DNA from: a virus
Length of the DNA: 64,000 nucleotides
Strand: one strand, 5' to 3'
IMG/VR virus record: IMGVR_UViG_3300009529_000001
Coordinates: 45,579-109,578 of that record
This document shows positions 46,360 through 56,881 of the stretch, piece after piece. The position numbers and the translations under genes were made by a program. The notes beneath the pieces are model-generated. The model had not been told where the DNA came from. It ran no database searches and was given only the letters and a program-made list of their open reading frames with translations. Every line of letters begins with the position of its first letter. Position 1 is the first letter of the stretch.

Positions 46360-47177
46360 TATTCACCCCTTGTAAAACCGTACTGATATTGTTGGAGAAT
46401 TTTGTCAACTTTGTCATCTTCTATATCGCAATGCCATTGTTTTTTAAAAGCATTTCTTGACTCATGAAAATGTAATAACAATATACCTTCGACGTTAACC
46501 TTTTTACGATAATCAATTAAACGCTTTTTAAGTGATGGAAGTAAATTTCTAAGAAGCTGAATATGTTTACCTAATTGACAATCAAAATTATATTCGCTGA
46601 TTTTAAGAGAAATTCTTATATCACCAAAGAGAATAATGCGCATTAAAAAATCTGTTACTGCATATGTAGGATGTTTAAAATTAAGATTAAACATTCCTAT
46701 CATATCAAAGACTTTCTTGTGAACAAGAAAACAATTAAACCCTGAAGCAATTAACATTGATCCTTTCATTACTTGTTCACAAAATATATTAAACCAATTA
46801 TATTTCCACATAACATCGTATCCACTAATTAAAATCCAGTCTGTATTAGACGCTGTAATAATAGCATTACAAAATTTTGAAAAATTACAATTTTCAAAAT
46901 CTATATCCGTATCTATTATATTTAAATCATGTATTGTTTGAAATGATGACTCTTTATCTAAAAATTTTTCCAATTTTTCTATTTCTTCTTTTTTAAAAAA
47001 AGAAAATTCAAAAACTTTATTGTTAAGCATTTTATAAAGTTTAATAGGATCAAAATTATTACTAAGAATATTTACATCTGTATTGGAAGGAAGTGTATTA
47101 AGAAGAGAAATAACTGATAAATAAGTCACTTCTGTTGGCATAAAATAATTCAGAATATTGCAAGTGATTGGTATCAT
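46359..47177 (-). CDS. GT-A-like glycosyltransferase, divergent
   Basis: NFSKFCN.II, DWILI, CFLVHKKVFDMIGMF; start uncertain. Confidence 0.5.
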   Translation of the reverse strand: MIPITCNILNYFMPTEVTYLSVISLLNTLPSNTDVNILSNNFDPIKLYKMLNNKVFEFSFFKKEEIEKLEKFLDKESSFQTIHDLNIIDTDIDFENCNFSKFCNAIITASNTDWILISGYDVMWKYNWFNIFCEQVMKGSMLIASGFNCFLVHKKVFDMIGMFNLNFKHPTYAVTDFLMRIILFGDIRISLKISEYNFDCQLGKHIQLLRNLLPSLKKRLIDYRKKVNVEGILLLHFHESRNAFKKQWHCDIEDDKVDKILQQYQYGFTRGE

Positions 47178-47264
47178 ACTATAATTAATATGACAGAGTT
47201 GATCATGAAAAATATTTAATATTTTTAAATATTTTTTATTATATGAATTTCTTCCAACATTACG

Positions 47265-47306
47265 AGACGCTAGGGCGTCGCGCACAGGCGCTTGCCCTAA
47301 GCGTCT
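47265..47306. promoter_or_regulatory. GC-rich hairpin upstream of small terminase
   Basis: AGACGCTAGGGC...GCCCTAAGCGTCT in the divergent intergenic region. Confidence 0.5.
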
Positions 47307-47333
47307 TAAGGGAGGAAGCTGGAGATTAGGATC

Positions 47334-48218
47334 ATGGAATTTGAAAAAGCATTAACAAAAGAACAAAAAAGAAAACAAAAATTAGAAAAATTATTAAAAA
47401 AATATGGACATCTTCTTAGTATTCCTGCGGGAGTTTTACCTTTAGAACATAAAGCTCCTTTAGGTGGTGGATTGAAATGTTTTCAGAAAATATATCAGCG
47501 CAAAAATGGTAAAAAAATAAAAAACCTTCCAAAAATCCGCTGTACTAATCCTGCCGTAAAAGGATCATTTTTTTGTAAAAAGCATGGCGGTGGTAATACA
47601 CATGCAATGGTTCATGGGAAAAGAAGAATGTCCTCTATTACCGGAGGATTATACGGAAGAGGAATGCAACAAGATTTTAGTAATCTTCTTGAAGAATTTT
47701 TAAATGATCCTAAAATGGTAGATCTTAGACCTGAACTTGCCGCATTACGATTAGCTCTATCGGAATATATGAGTGAACTTACTTCTGGAGAACCCAAACA
47801 GTCTCCAAAGAGATTAATCAAATATATTAAAGATATTACAGAAAGTGAAAATACAAATTATGGAGAAAAATTTGTATTGATAAGAGATTTATGCGCTTCT
47901 CAAAGTTTTTTAACTGATGGTGATTCTTTAGATAGACTGTATAAGATAATAGAAACTATAAGTAGAGTTGCAGAAAGAATGCATAAAATACAAATGCAAG
48001 ATAATTATATTTTGACTCCTGATGGGTTGAAAGTTTTCTTAAGATCTATAGTTGATTTATTAAAACAAACTATTCCTGATCCAGACATATTGAAAGAAAT
48101 TCAAGAAAAATTGTTAGAAATTTCTATGCAGACAAAGGGAAATATACACGATGTTGGTAGAAAAAACGTAAATATAATGAATGAAAAGGAAGATATGGAA
48201 TTTCAGGAATTTGATTAA
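47334..48218 (+). CDS. putative terminase small subunit
   Basis: RC.NPAVKG..FCKKHGG (HGGxSTG-like), HG, DLRPELA.LR; directly upstream of TerL. Confidence 0.65.
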   Translation: MEFEKALTKEQKRKQKLEKLLKKYGHLLSIPAGVLPLEHKAPLGGGLKCFQKIYQRKNGKKIKNLPKIRCTNPAVKGSFFCKKHGGGNTHAMVHGKRRMSSITGGLYGRGMQQDFSNLLEEFLNDPKMVDLRPELAALRLALSEYMSELTSGEPKQSPKRLIKYIKDITESENTNYGEKFVLIRDLCASQSFLTDGDSLDRLYKIIETISRVAERMHKIQMQDNYILTPDGLKVFLRSIVDLLKQTIPDPDILKEIQEKLLEISMQTKGNIHDVGRKNVNIMNEKEDMEFQEFD

Positions 48219-49963
48219 TGGCACAAAAACGTAGAAGAATAATCCAACACATAGTTCAAAATCCTTTTGAAGAATTAGCTCTCGGATTATCAGCAGATAA
48301 AATTGAAGATGAAATATGGGAAGAAAAGCCTGTAAGTATTCAAGAATTTATTGAAGGCGAAGAATATCTTAATTTAAAGTGGAACGGAAGAATTGGTTGT
48401 CGTCCTGAGATAATGAAAATATTGAAAAAAGTATCTCAAGATCATATACGCGAAGCTGTTCTTTTATTAGGTAAGGGTTCTGGGAAGGATTATTCAGCAG
48501 CAATACTACATTGTTATGGAATTTATAAATGTTTATGTATGAGGAATCCTCAAGGATTTTATGGATTATCTAGAAGATCAAAGATTTATTTTGTTAATAC
48601 CGCAAGAAATGACCAACAGGCAAGGAAAGTTTTCTTTGAAGAGTTTAGAGGAATGGTAGAAGATTGTCCTTGGTTTGAAGGACAATTTTCTGAACCTACA
48701 GGCAGTAGTATTTTTTTTGCAAAACGAATTGAAGCGATTAGTGTAAATAGTCAAGCTTTTGGATGGCTTGGATATAATACCATACAGTGGGTTGGAGATG
48801 AATTGGCATTTTTCTTAGAAAATGATAAAGATGAAGAATCTGATTCTCGTGCAGAAGAATGTTGGGAAGCCGCTTATGGTTCCTGTAGTACGAGATTTGG
48901 AAATTATTATAAAATGATTGGAATAACAACACCACGTTATGATGATGATTTTGTAATGAAAAAATTCTATGAATTACAAGATAGACCTGATGGCTACGCA
49001 ATTCAAAAGGCAACTTGGAATATTCACCCTGATAGAGAAAAGAAAGATTATTATTGGGCGTTGACTAGAAACTATCGTCGTGCTATGCGTGATTTTGGAG
49101 CAGTTCCAAGTGGTGTTATAGAATCGTTCTGGGCTGATCCTGATTTTGTAGAAAACAATATTTGTCAACAATGTAGGCAATGTCCTGTTTATCAGAATAG
49201 AGGAATAGATAGCGATATTTATAGTTGTTGGGATTATGATAAGTGTAAAGTAAATGCTTATATGGGAAATGGAAGATGGCGTGAATGGTTTAAACCTGAA
49301 GAAGATAAAGAAATATTTATTCATTTTGATTTATCAAAAAATAAAGATAGAGTAGGATTTTCAGTAGGGTACGTAAATGATTATATTCAAGTCGAATTAG
49401 ATTTACATGTAATGAAAGAAAAAGCAGAAAAAGAAAAAGTGGAATTAAAAACTCTTGATGACGATGATCGTTTCGAAGAAAAACCAATGATAAAAATCTG
49501 TGCCATTGGTACAATTTCTCCTGCAAGTAAAAGAGACTCAAGACTTACAAAAAATGGTGAAATTTATTATACTGGTATTTTAAAGCATATTATTGTAACT
49601 CTAATAGATAAAGGATTTGAGATAGGCACTATTTCTTTCGATCAATTCCAAAGTCACATGTTGAAACAATCTTTAGAAGATATGGGAATAGATGTAGAAT
49701 TGATTTCTTTGGATAGGAATGATACTTTACCAGTGCAGGCTAAATTAGCCCTAACAGAGAATAGAGTTGAATATCCTTATTCTAAACTTTTATGTGATGA
49801 AGCAAGACATTTAAAGTATATTAAAGGTAAGAAAGTGGATCACGCGAAGAAAAAGTCAAAGGACGTATGGGATGGATTTGCTGGCACTATAGCAGATTGT
49901 GAAAATTATTCCGGAGGAAGTAAAACATTTGCTTTTGAGGATGATGAAGAAGACGATGATTAA
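48218..49963 (+). CDS. terL: terminase large subunit
   Basis: Walker A GKGSGKD, Walker B VGDELAF, ITTP, HFDLS..KD, FDQFQS, KVDH...SKDVWD. Confidence 0.85.
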   Translation: MAQKRRRIIQHIVQNPFEELALGLSADKIEDEIWEEKPVSIQEFIEGEEYLNLKWNGRIGCRPEIMKILKKVSQDHIREAVLLLGKGSGKDYSAAILHCYGIYKCLCMRNPQGFYGLSRRSKIYFVNTARNDQQARKVFFEEFRGMVEDCPWFEGQFSEPTGSSIFFAKRIEAISVNSQAFGWLGYNTIQWVGDELAFFLENDKDEESDSRAEECWEAAYGSCSTRFGNYYKMIGITTPRYDDDFVMKKFYELQDRPDGYAIQKATWNIHPDREKKDYYWALTRNYRRAMRDFGAVPSGVIESFWADPDFVENNICQQCRQCPVYQNRGIDSDIYSCWDYDKCKVNAYMGNGRWREWFKPEEDKEIFIHFDLSKNKDRVGFSVGYVNDYIQVELDLHVMKEKAEKEKVELKTLDDDDRFEEKPMIKICAIGTISPASKRDSRLTKNGEIYYTGILKHIIVTLIDKGFEIGTISFDQFQSHMLKQSLEDMGIDVELISLDRNDTLPVQAKLALTENRVEYPYSKLLCDEARHLKYIKGKKVDHAKKKSKDVWDGFAGTIADCENYSGGSKTFAFEDDEEDDD

Positions 49964-51683
49964 AAGAACAATTCCTGAAATTAAAACCAGCAATATCGAG
50001 ATGCGCACAAAAGAAGCTTCTGGCTTCATAGAAGATATTATATTTGGAGATATTTTAACTTCTGCTTTTGAAAGAATATCGGATCAGGATGCGTTCGATT
50101 TATATAAATCAAACGAATGGGTTGGAAATACTGTAAATAGAATTGTAAGAGATTGTGTTAAAAATGAACCTGTTGTTGTTCCAATTAGAAAAACTAATAA
50201 AGTTTCTAAACGTCAAGAAGGAAGGATTAGAAAAGTCCAAGATTTTCTTTGGAATCCTAATAAGGGTAAAGAAAGTTTTAAAGAAATAAGAGAAAAACTT
50301 ATACGGGATGAATTAATATATGGACGTGGAGGAATAGAAAAAGTAGTTGATAAAGATTCTAGAAAATTATTAGAAATTTATTCGGTATCTGGTAAAGACA
50401 TTAGAGTAATGGCGGATAAAAAAGGAAATCTTCCTCCTACAAAAACTTATAGACTTACAAAACATCCTTTTAGTAATTCTAAAACCGATAATGAAAATAC
50501 TATTTGGTTTGATTTTGACGAATTAATTTTTGTTGTATTGAATCCAATTAGTAGAAGTTTGTATGGAATTAAGATTTTGGATAATATAGCTTTTGCTGTA
50601 GGCGTCGATATTCTTCGGTCAAACTATAATGGAAATTTCTTTGTTAATGGTGCTGAGGCTTCAGGAATTATTTCTGTTCCTGATTTAAATAAAAGAGCGT
50701 TTAGAGCATTTACAAGTAAGTGGAAAACTGGACATAAAGGTGCTGCTAAATCTCATAGACTTGCATTCACAAATTCTCAAGTCAAATTTGAAAGGATGTC
50801 TTTATCAAATCGTGATATGGAATTTGGAGAATATGGTAAAGAATTACGTGATAAAATATTTAGTGGATATGGAATGCAACCTGTTGTAATGGGTATAGTT
50901 GATTCGACCACAGGAAAACTTAATTCTAAGGAACAAATTAATCTTTATAAAGAGGGCGGTTTAAGACCTGTTCTTGAAAAGGAAGCTTATTATTATACTT
51001 TAGAAATTTTACATATGGGATTTAATATGCGGGATTTAAAAGTTACATTCCCAAGTATTGAATTGGCTGATATCGAAACTCAAACGGGAATTGAAACTCA
51101 AAGGCTTACTGCTGGAACTACATATATTAATGAAGTTAGGGCAAATCACAATGAGCCTCCTGTTGATTGGGGTGATAGACCTGTTGTGCTTCAACCGGGA
51201 GGAGGTCAAGTCAATCCAGGAGGTACGCTTGTACCTCCTTCTGGAAGTAAAAAACCCCAGAAAGAATTAGATCTATTTATAAAATATTTTGATTCTTTAA
51301 AAATTAAGCTTAATGCTTTATTTGGAATACTTGATAAAATCAAATTTGAAAAATGCAAGATTGACGAAGTTTCAAAATCACAAAGCATAAAATATAATGG
51401 AAAGAACTTTAAATTAAAAAGATTTACATTGCCGAGTAAATTTAAAGGATGTGAATTAGATAAAACATTAGATAAAATTATTGATTATAGATTAGTAATT
51501 GAAGGAAATTACTATGATGATTATATGGAATGTTTGCTTTCTAGAATAAAAAGTGCGATAGTTTCTAATATAATGGATGGAAGTGAGAAAAATATCTTTA
51601 ACGAGATGGATAGAATTAAAAATGATGAGATGAATTATGGTCCGGCTACGGTGATTTTCAATGGCAATAATACCTCAAGCTGA
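49956..51683 (+). CDS. portal protein (HK97-like) with C-terminal extension
   Basis: YGI, N..FF.NGA..SGII, DMEF, IFSGYGM.P, TYINEVRA; start could be 49941 or 49944. Confidence 0.85.
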   Translation: MIKRTIPEIKTSNIEMRTKEASGFIEDIIFGDILTSAFERISDQDAFDLYKSNEWVGNTVNRIVRDCVKNEPVVVPIRKTNKVSKRQEGRIRKVQDFLWNPNKGKESFKEIREKLIRDELIYGRGGIEKVVDKDSRKLLEIYSVSGKDIRVMADKKGNLPPTKTYRLTKHPFSNSKTDNENTIWFDFDELIFVVLNPISRSLYGIKILDNIAFAVGVDILRSNYNGNFFVNGAEASGIISVPDLNKRAFRAFTSKWKTGHKGAAKSHRLAFTNSQVKFERMSLSNRDMEFGEYGKELRDKIFSGYGMQPVVMGIVDSTTGKLNSKEQINLYKEGGLRPVLEKEAYYYTLEILHMGFNMRDLKVTFPSIELADIETQTGIETQRLTAGTTYINEVRANHNEPPVDWGDRPVVLQPGGGQVNPGGTLVPPSGSKKPQKELDLFIKYFDSLKIKLNALFGILDKIKFEKCKIDEVSKSQSIKYNGKNFKLKRFTLPSKFKGCELDKTLDKIIDYRLVIEGNYYDDYMECLLSRIKSAIVSNIMDGSEKNIFNEMDRIKNDEMNYGPATVIFNGNNTSS

Positions 51684-52923
51684 TATTATCGAAGAAATCC
51701 TGAAGAGTCCAAAAGCTTTTGAGCGGAATGGTCTTGAAGAGGATTTCTGTATTTATGTAAAAAATATTAAAAAGAAGAAGATAAATAAAAAGAAATTTAT
51801 TATAGAGGGATTTGCTGCTACTTCTGATAAAGATCGTGTTAACGACGTTATTACTAATGCTGCATTGAAAGAAGCTAAAAATCATCTTCTTCAAGATGGT
51901 GCAAGTACAGTATTTTATAATCATAATCGGAATAGGCCAATTGGAAAAGTTATTGCAACAGAATTTATTTTTAATAAGGGACTTAAAGTAACAATTTTGA
52001 TTTCCAAGGCTAAGGATGTTCGCAGTATAAGAACTAAATTACGTGAAAATGTTTTGAAATCACTGAGCATTGGAGGGCGGTTCAAGAAAGTACGAATTGA
52101 ACGCGATGAAGAAGGAAGAGTCATCGCGTACAAGGTACTTAGAATTGAACTTTATGAAGTCTCTGTTGTCGGACTTCCTGCCAACCCCAAAGCCAGAATT
52201 ACAAGTGTAGAAGGTAAGCCGTTGAAAGGATGGACTAAAATGTGGAAAAACATTAAGTTCAAAACTTCAGCGACAAACGACAACGGAAGGAGTGATAAAG
52301 TGGCTAAGAAAAAGACGAAGAAAAAGGATAAGAAAGAAGTTGATAAGGATGTAGACGATAATGATGATGAGCAGGAAGATACGTTTACGAAAGAAGTTGT
52401 TTCTGAAATGATTAAGGAAGCTATTGATCCTATTTCAGAAAGTGTAAAGGAAATTGCTGGTTCAGTTAAGAAATTAGCTGATCTTATTCCTCAAGAAAAC
52501 AAGAATGACGACGATGATGATAACGATAATGAAGACGACGATGATGAGAATGATGAAAAAGACAAGAAGAAAACTAAAAAGAAGGATAAAGACACCAGTG
52601 ATGCTCCTGAGTGGGCAAAGGATCTTGCAGAAACTGTCGATAGCATTTCAAAACGGATGAAGAAAATTGAAAATGGTAGCGATAATAAGCGGAAAGGATA
52701 TACTGGTTCTGATGATCCTGATGACAATGAGGATGACGACAATGAGGATGATAAGGATGTACCCAAGAAGAAACTGAGTGAAGACCTGGACGAAGATACC
52801 CTTAAGTATCTTGACTATATCTATAATAAGGAACCGGGAAAATACACGAAACTAACTGATGAGGAAAAGCAGTTAGCAGATGCTCTTTATGCGGCTGCGA
52901 TGTTGATCATTAATGGCAAATAA
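51661..52923 (+). CDS. HK97-type prohead protease with charged scaffold-like C-terminus
   Basis: IEGFAAT..KDRVND, YNH..PIGK, SLSIGG, LYEVSVVGLPANP.A.I. Confidence 0.9.
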   Translation: MAIIPQADIIEEILKSPKAFERNGLEEDFCIYVKNIKKKKINKKKFIIEGFAATSDKDRVNDVITNAALKEAKNHLLQDGASTVFYNHNRNRPIGKVIATEFIFNKGLKVTILISKAKDVRSIRTKLRENVLKSLSIGGRFKKVRIERDEEGRVIAYKVLRIELYEVSVVGLPANPKARITSVEGKPLKGWTKMWKNIKFKTSATNDNGRSDKVAKKKTKKKDKKEVDKDVDDNDDEQEDTFTKEVVSEMIKEAIDPISESVKEIAGSVKKLADLIPQENKNDDDDDNDNEDDDDENDEKDKKKTKKKDKDTSDAPEWAKDLAETVDSISKRMKKIENGSDNKRKGYTGSDDPDDNEDDDNEDDKDVPKKKLSEDLDEDTLKYLDYIYNKEPGKYTKLTDEEKQLADALYAAAMLIINGK

Positions 52924-52953
52924 GAGAAAGAATAAATTTGTTAGGAGGTAAAA

Positions 52954-53952
52954 ATGCGTACAATGTCCCTAATTAGAAAGGCGCTCAGTGTAGGGACTGG
53001 CGGAAATATTACCGATTATCTTCCTGCTCCAATGGCTAAGAAGATAGTTGATTATATCCGTGAAATCAGTCTTATGCGGCGTCTATTGAAAAGCTTTATT
53101 CAGAGATCAAGGACTTGGAAGAAAGCTACTAGAGCTACTGGTGGAAGTGCATATCATGTGGGTGACGGAACTGAAGTTACACAAACTAACTTTACGTCCG
53201 GTAGTGTGACGTGGACTGCCAAGAAGCTGATGGTCTATTTCACTGTGGATGAAGAAGCATTTGAAGACTCTTTGCCTGATTTAATGTCACAGGTACTTGA
53301 TGATGGCGCGGATGCACTTGCAGAAGCAGAAGAAAATGCTATTTTAAACGGTGACGATGGACATACCGCAACTGCCGCTACTGTTGCTGCTGCTACGGAA
53401 ACTAACTGGTTCACTCAAGATGCCCGTTTAATGTTCGATGGAATTTTCCCGGTAGCTACAAGTGCTAGTGCTTCTGATAATGTTGATGCTGCGAGTGGAA
53501 CTTTTGATAAAGAAATGGTAAATACGGCACTATATAATCTTGGCAAATACGGACGGAATAAAAGTAAACTAATTGGTCTTCTTCCTTCTTCACAAGCATC
53601 AAATATCCGTTCTAATTCGGATTGGCATAGTGCTGCAACTACTGGCCTTGCTCTTGCTGCATTTATTTCTGGTATGGGATCTGCTGGTGAAGCTGATGGT
53701 CTTGTTACTACTATTTATGGGATTAGATTTTTTGAAACTCCTCAGGTTTCTTCAGCAAATGAGGATAAGATTGCAATTCTTGATAAATCTAGTCCCGAAG
53801 TTGGTGATAGGCGTAAGATTAAGCTTGCCACTGATAATGTTGTTGAATCTGATCAGCGCAAATTTGTAATGAGTGAACGTATTTCCTTTAACTATAATAA
53901 TAAGGCTCAATTAACGGCGATTGATAATCTTAGTACAACGATTGCTTCTTAA
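52954..53952 (+). CDS. major capsid protein (HK97 fold)
   Basis: Position after protease; YLPA, KL..YF.V.EEA.EDS, EENAILNGD; strong RBS and terminator. Confidence 0.85.
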   Translation: MRTMSLIRKALSVGTGGNITDYLPAPMAKKIVDYIREISLMRRLLKSFIQRSRTWKKATRATGGSAYHVGDGTEVTQTNFTSGSVTWTAKKLMVYFTVDEEAFEDSLPDLMSQVLDDGADALAEAEENAILNGDDGHTATAATVAAATETNWFTQDARLMFDGIFPVATSASASDNVDAASGTFDKEMVNTALYNLGKYGRNKSKLIGLLPSSQASNIRSNSDWHSAATTGLALAAFISGMGSAGEADGLVTTIYGIRFFETPQVSSANEDKIAILDKSSPEVGDRRKIKLATDNVVESDQRKFVMSERISFNYNNKAQLTAIDNLSTTIAS

Positions 53953-53976
53953 TAATAGAATAAGAAACAATTAAAG

Positions 53977-54004
53977 AAAAGGGCGTTTTCGGACGCCCTT
54001 TTTT
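53977..54004 (+). terminator. intrinsic terminator after capsid gene
   Basis: AAAAGGGCGTT-TTCG-GACGCCCTTTTTT. Confidence 0.9.
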
Positions 54005-54052
54005 ATTTAGTGATTTATAATAGACATTTTATTATTATATAAGGAGATTATT

Positions 54053-56881
54053 ATGAATATTGCAGTATTCAGTGAAAATAGAAACGATTATTGGAGCGGA
54101 GGAAGATGGTATCCGTGGTTTATGGGACATGTCCTTGCCAGCTTAGGACACAAAGTAATATTATCTACAAATAATCTTCCTACTTTTGATAAATGTTTTG
54201 AAGAATTTCCTGGAAGAGAAAATATAAATATTTTAGTATGTAAACATTATGGCATTAGAAAAGATATGAATAAAATTTTTAAGGGAGGATTTGATCTTAC
54301 TATTGGTTCTCCAATTTGGGGTGCAGAAAAAGCCGTTACTTTTGCAGAAATATTTAAATGTAAAAGTATGATTTTATGTTATGAACCAAATAATTGGATT
54401 GAAGAAAAGAGTGGTAGAGATGACATATTGTTGCCAGGACAAAATTGGTCTAGTTATATAAACGCTTCTAGAAAGTGTGATAAATTTCTTTGTAATGCAA
54501 AACTTCCTGCAAAATATGCCCGCAAATGGATTCCAGAAATATCGGACAGAATTGATTATTTATTTAATGGGATTAATACTGTAACTGCGGATAAAATAAA
54601 ACGTATATTATCAGATAAGAGAAAAAATCAAGTTGTTTATGTTTCAAGAAGTGATCTTTATAAAGGATTTGAAGATATAGGTAAATATTTTTCTGATCTT
54701 AAAGACAAACCTAAAATTATTTTTATAACAGGAATGTTGAAAAAAGAAAATGAAGAAAAACTTTTAGATATTTGTCAAAATATTGGTTTAGAATTAGAAG
54801 TAAAAATTCTCATTGATGATCAACAAAAATTTCAATTAATTTCGGAAAGCAAGGCATTATTTTTCCCATCTAAGTGGGAAGGTTTTGGTATTCCTCCTGC
54901 TGAAGCTTTTTATTTATCAGTTCCTGTGATCTGTTATGATTTACCCATAACAAAGGAAATTTATAGAGATTTTCCACATTATTTGCGATTAGAAAATGAA
55001 GAACATAACAAGAAATTAATGAAAAAATTATTTACTGATAATGATTTTTTATTTAGAAAAATAAAAGCTGCAAGAGAATATGTGACTAAATTTGCAGCTT
55101 TTGAAAATTACGCACAACATTTGAATGAAAAAATAGCAAATGTATTTAAAGCACCTTTAGCTGATAAAGTTGAAAAAGTTTCTTCACAACAGGAACGAAG
55201 TATTATTTCTAAATTACAACCAAAGAAGAAAGCTTCTGATTTTAGTAAATCAGATCTTAAGCCTAAATTTGTATCAAACAAAAAAGTATCTATAGTTATT
55301 CCATATTATAATGGGAATTTACAATATCTCAGTGAATGCGTTCAATCAATAGATAGACAAACTCACAAGAATAAAGAAATAATTTTTTTAGATGATGGAA
55401 CTACAGATAAAGAATGTAAAAAAGCAATTAAAATTATAGAAGATGCTGGCGAATGGCGTTTGATTAAGCATGAAAAAAATCAAGGTATACCAAAATCTAT
55501 GACGGATGGTGTGAAAGCCGCTACAGGAGATATTATAATTTTTTTGGATGCGGATGACACTTTGCGTGATCGCGCTTTAGAAATAGTGACATTGTGTTTT
55601 GAACAAAATAATAATTTAAAGATGTTATATACAAATGAAGTACACATGAATGAAAATGGTGAGATTTTTGCTGAAGAACGTAAACCAAATTGGAATATTG
55701 AATGTTTGTATACAGGACAATACTTAAATCACCTTACAGCATTTAAAGCTGATTTTTTGAAAAAAATGATGCCATGTTCTGAAAAATATGGCCGCAGTTG
55801 GGATTATGATTTGATGTTGCGTATTGCCGAAAAAACTTCTGAGATAAAACATATTCCAAAGATTTTATATAATTGGCGAATCCATGGTGGACAGTTTGGC
55901 GGAGGGGAAGGAGCTTATATTGCTCAAGAAAACGCTATTTCAGCTTTGAATGCACATTTAAAACGCATAAAATTAGATAAGAAAAAACAAATAACGCAAA
56001 CTCCTAATTTAGGATTTTATGGATCAAAACATAGGATAAAAAGAAAACCAAAAATATTAGTGATCACTATGACAAGAGATATTCACTATCTTGGACAATT
56101 ATTAATAAGTATGGAAAAACATACCCATATCCCATATGATCATTTGATAGTACATCATGAACCTAAAGGTAATTGGGATAAAAATATATTAGAATATTTT
56201 AAAGTTAAAGATTTATGGTTTGAGCTTGAAGATGGAGAATTTAATTTCTCAAAAACTCACAACAAAATGATTGAAAAACATGGAGATGGATATGATTATT
56301 TTGTTTTATTAAATGATGATATTATTTTAAATGATAGATGGCTTGAAGAATCAATCGCAATGTTCGATTATAGGTGGGATAAAGTCGGAGTTGTTGGAAT
56401 AAAATTAATGTACCCCAATGATGAAGATATCAGAAAAATAAGATTACCGAAATATTGGATGGAAAATGTAGCGACAATACAACATGCTGGAGTATGTTTG
56501 TTGAAAGATAGAGGGGCTGCTCATTGTTACGTTAATAGACCGAGCAATATGAGAGCAATAAATTTTGCTAGAGAGTTTGAAACAGTAACATTTGCTGTAG
56601 TTACTATTGATTCAAAGTGCTTTAATGAAATTAAAATGAATGAAAAATATGATTCTGATTTGAATGATATGGTTTTTTGTATAAACGCGAAGAGAAAAGG
56701 ATGGAAAATAATATATACGCCTTGGGCTAATGGAATTCATTTAACCTCTGTTACACGAGAAAAATACGGTATTGCTGGAAAAGTTGAAAATCAGGTTGCA
56801 TTTAGAAAAGAATTTAAGGAAGAAATAGAAGACAAAATGAATTATCCTCAGATGCTAAAAGCTGAAGAGGAAGGTTTATGA
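54053..56881 (+). CDS. multidomain glycosyltransferase (GT4 + GT2 + GT2)
   Basis: EGFGIPPAEA; SIVIPYYN..DDGTTD..FLDADD; LLNDDI..QHAGV. Confidence 0.85.
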   Translation: MNIAVFSENRNDYWSGGRWYPWFMGHVLASLGHKVILSTNNLPTFDKCFEEFPGRENINILVCKHYGIRKDMNKIFKGGFDLTIGSPIWGAEKAVTFAEIFKCKSMILCYEPNNWIEEKSGRDDILLPGQNWSSYINASRKCDKFLCNAKLPAKYARKWIPEISDRIDYLFNGINTVTADKIKRILSDKRKNQVVYVSRSDLYKGFEDIGKYFSDLKDKPKIIFITGMLKKENEEKLLDICQNIGLELEVKILIDDQQKFQLISESKALFFPSKWEGFGIPPAEAFYLSVPVICYDLPITKEIYRDFPHYLRLENEEHNKKLMKKLFTDNDFLFRKIKAAREYVTKFAAFENYAQHLNEKIANVFKAPLADKVEKVSSQQERSIISKLQPKKKASDFSKSDLKPKFVSNKKVSIVIPYYNGNLQYLSECVQSIDRQTHKNKEIIFLDDGTTDKECKKAIKIIEDAGEWRLIKHEKNQGIPKSMTDGVKAATGDIIIFLDADDTLRDRALEIVTLCFEQNNNLKMLYTNEVHMNENGEIFAEERKPNWNIECLYTGQYLNHLTAFKADFLKKMMPCSEKYGRSWDYDLMLRIAEKTSEIKHIPKILYNWRIHGGQFGGGEGAYIAQENAISALNAHLKRIKLDKKKQITQTPNLGFYGSKHRIKRKPKILVITMTRDIHYLGQLLISMEKHTHIPYDHLIVHHEPKGNWDKNILEYFKVKDLWFELEDGEFNFSKTHNKMIEKHGDGYDYFVLLNDDIILNDRWLEESIAMFDYRWDKVGVVGIKLMYPNDEDIRKIRLPKYWMENVATIQHAGVCLLKDRGAAHCYVNRPSNMRAINFAREFETVTFAVVTIDSKCFNEIKMNEKYDSDLNDMVFCINAKRKGWKIIYTPWANGIHLTSVTREKYGIAGKVENQVAFRKEFKEEIEDKMNYPQMLKAEEEGL

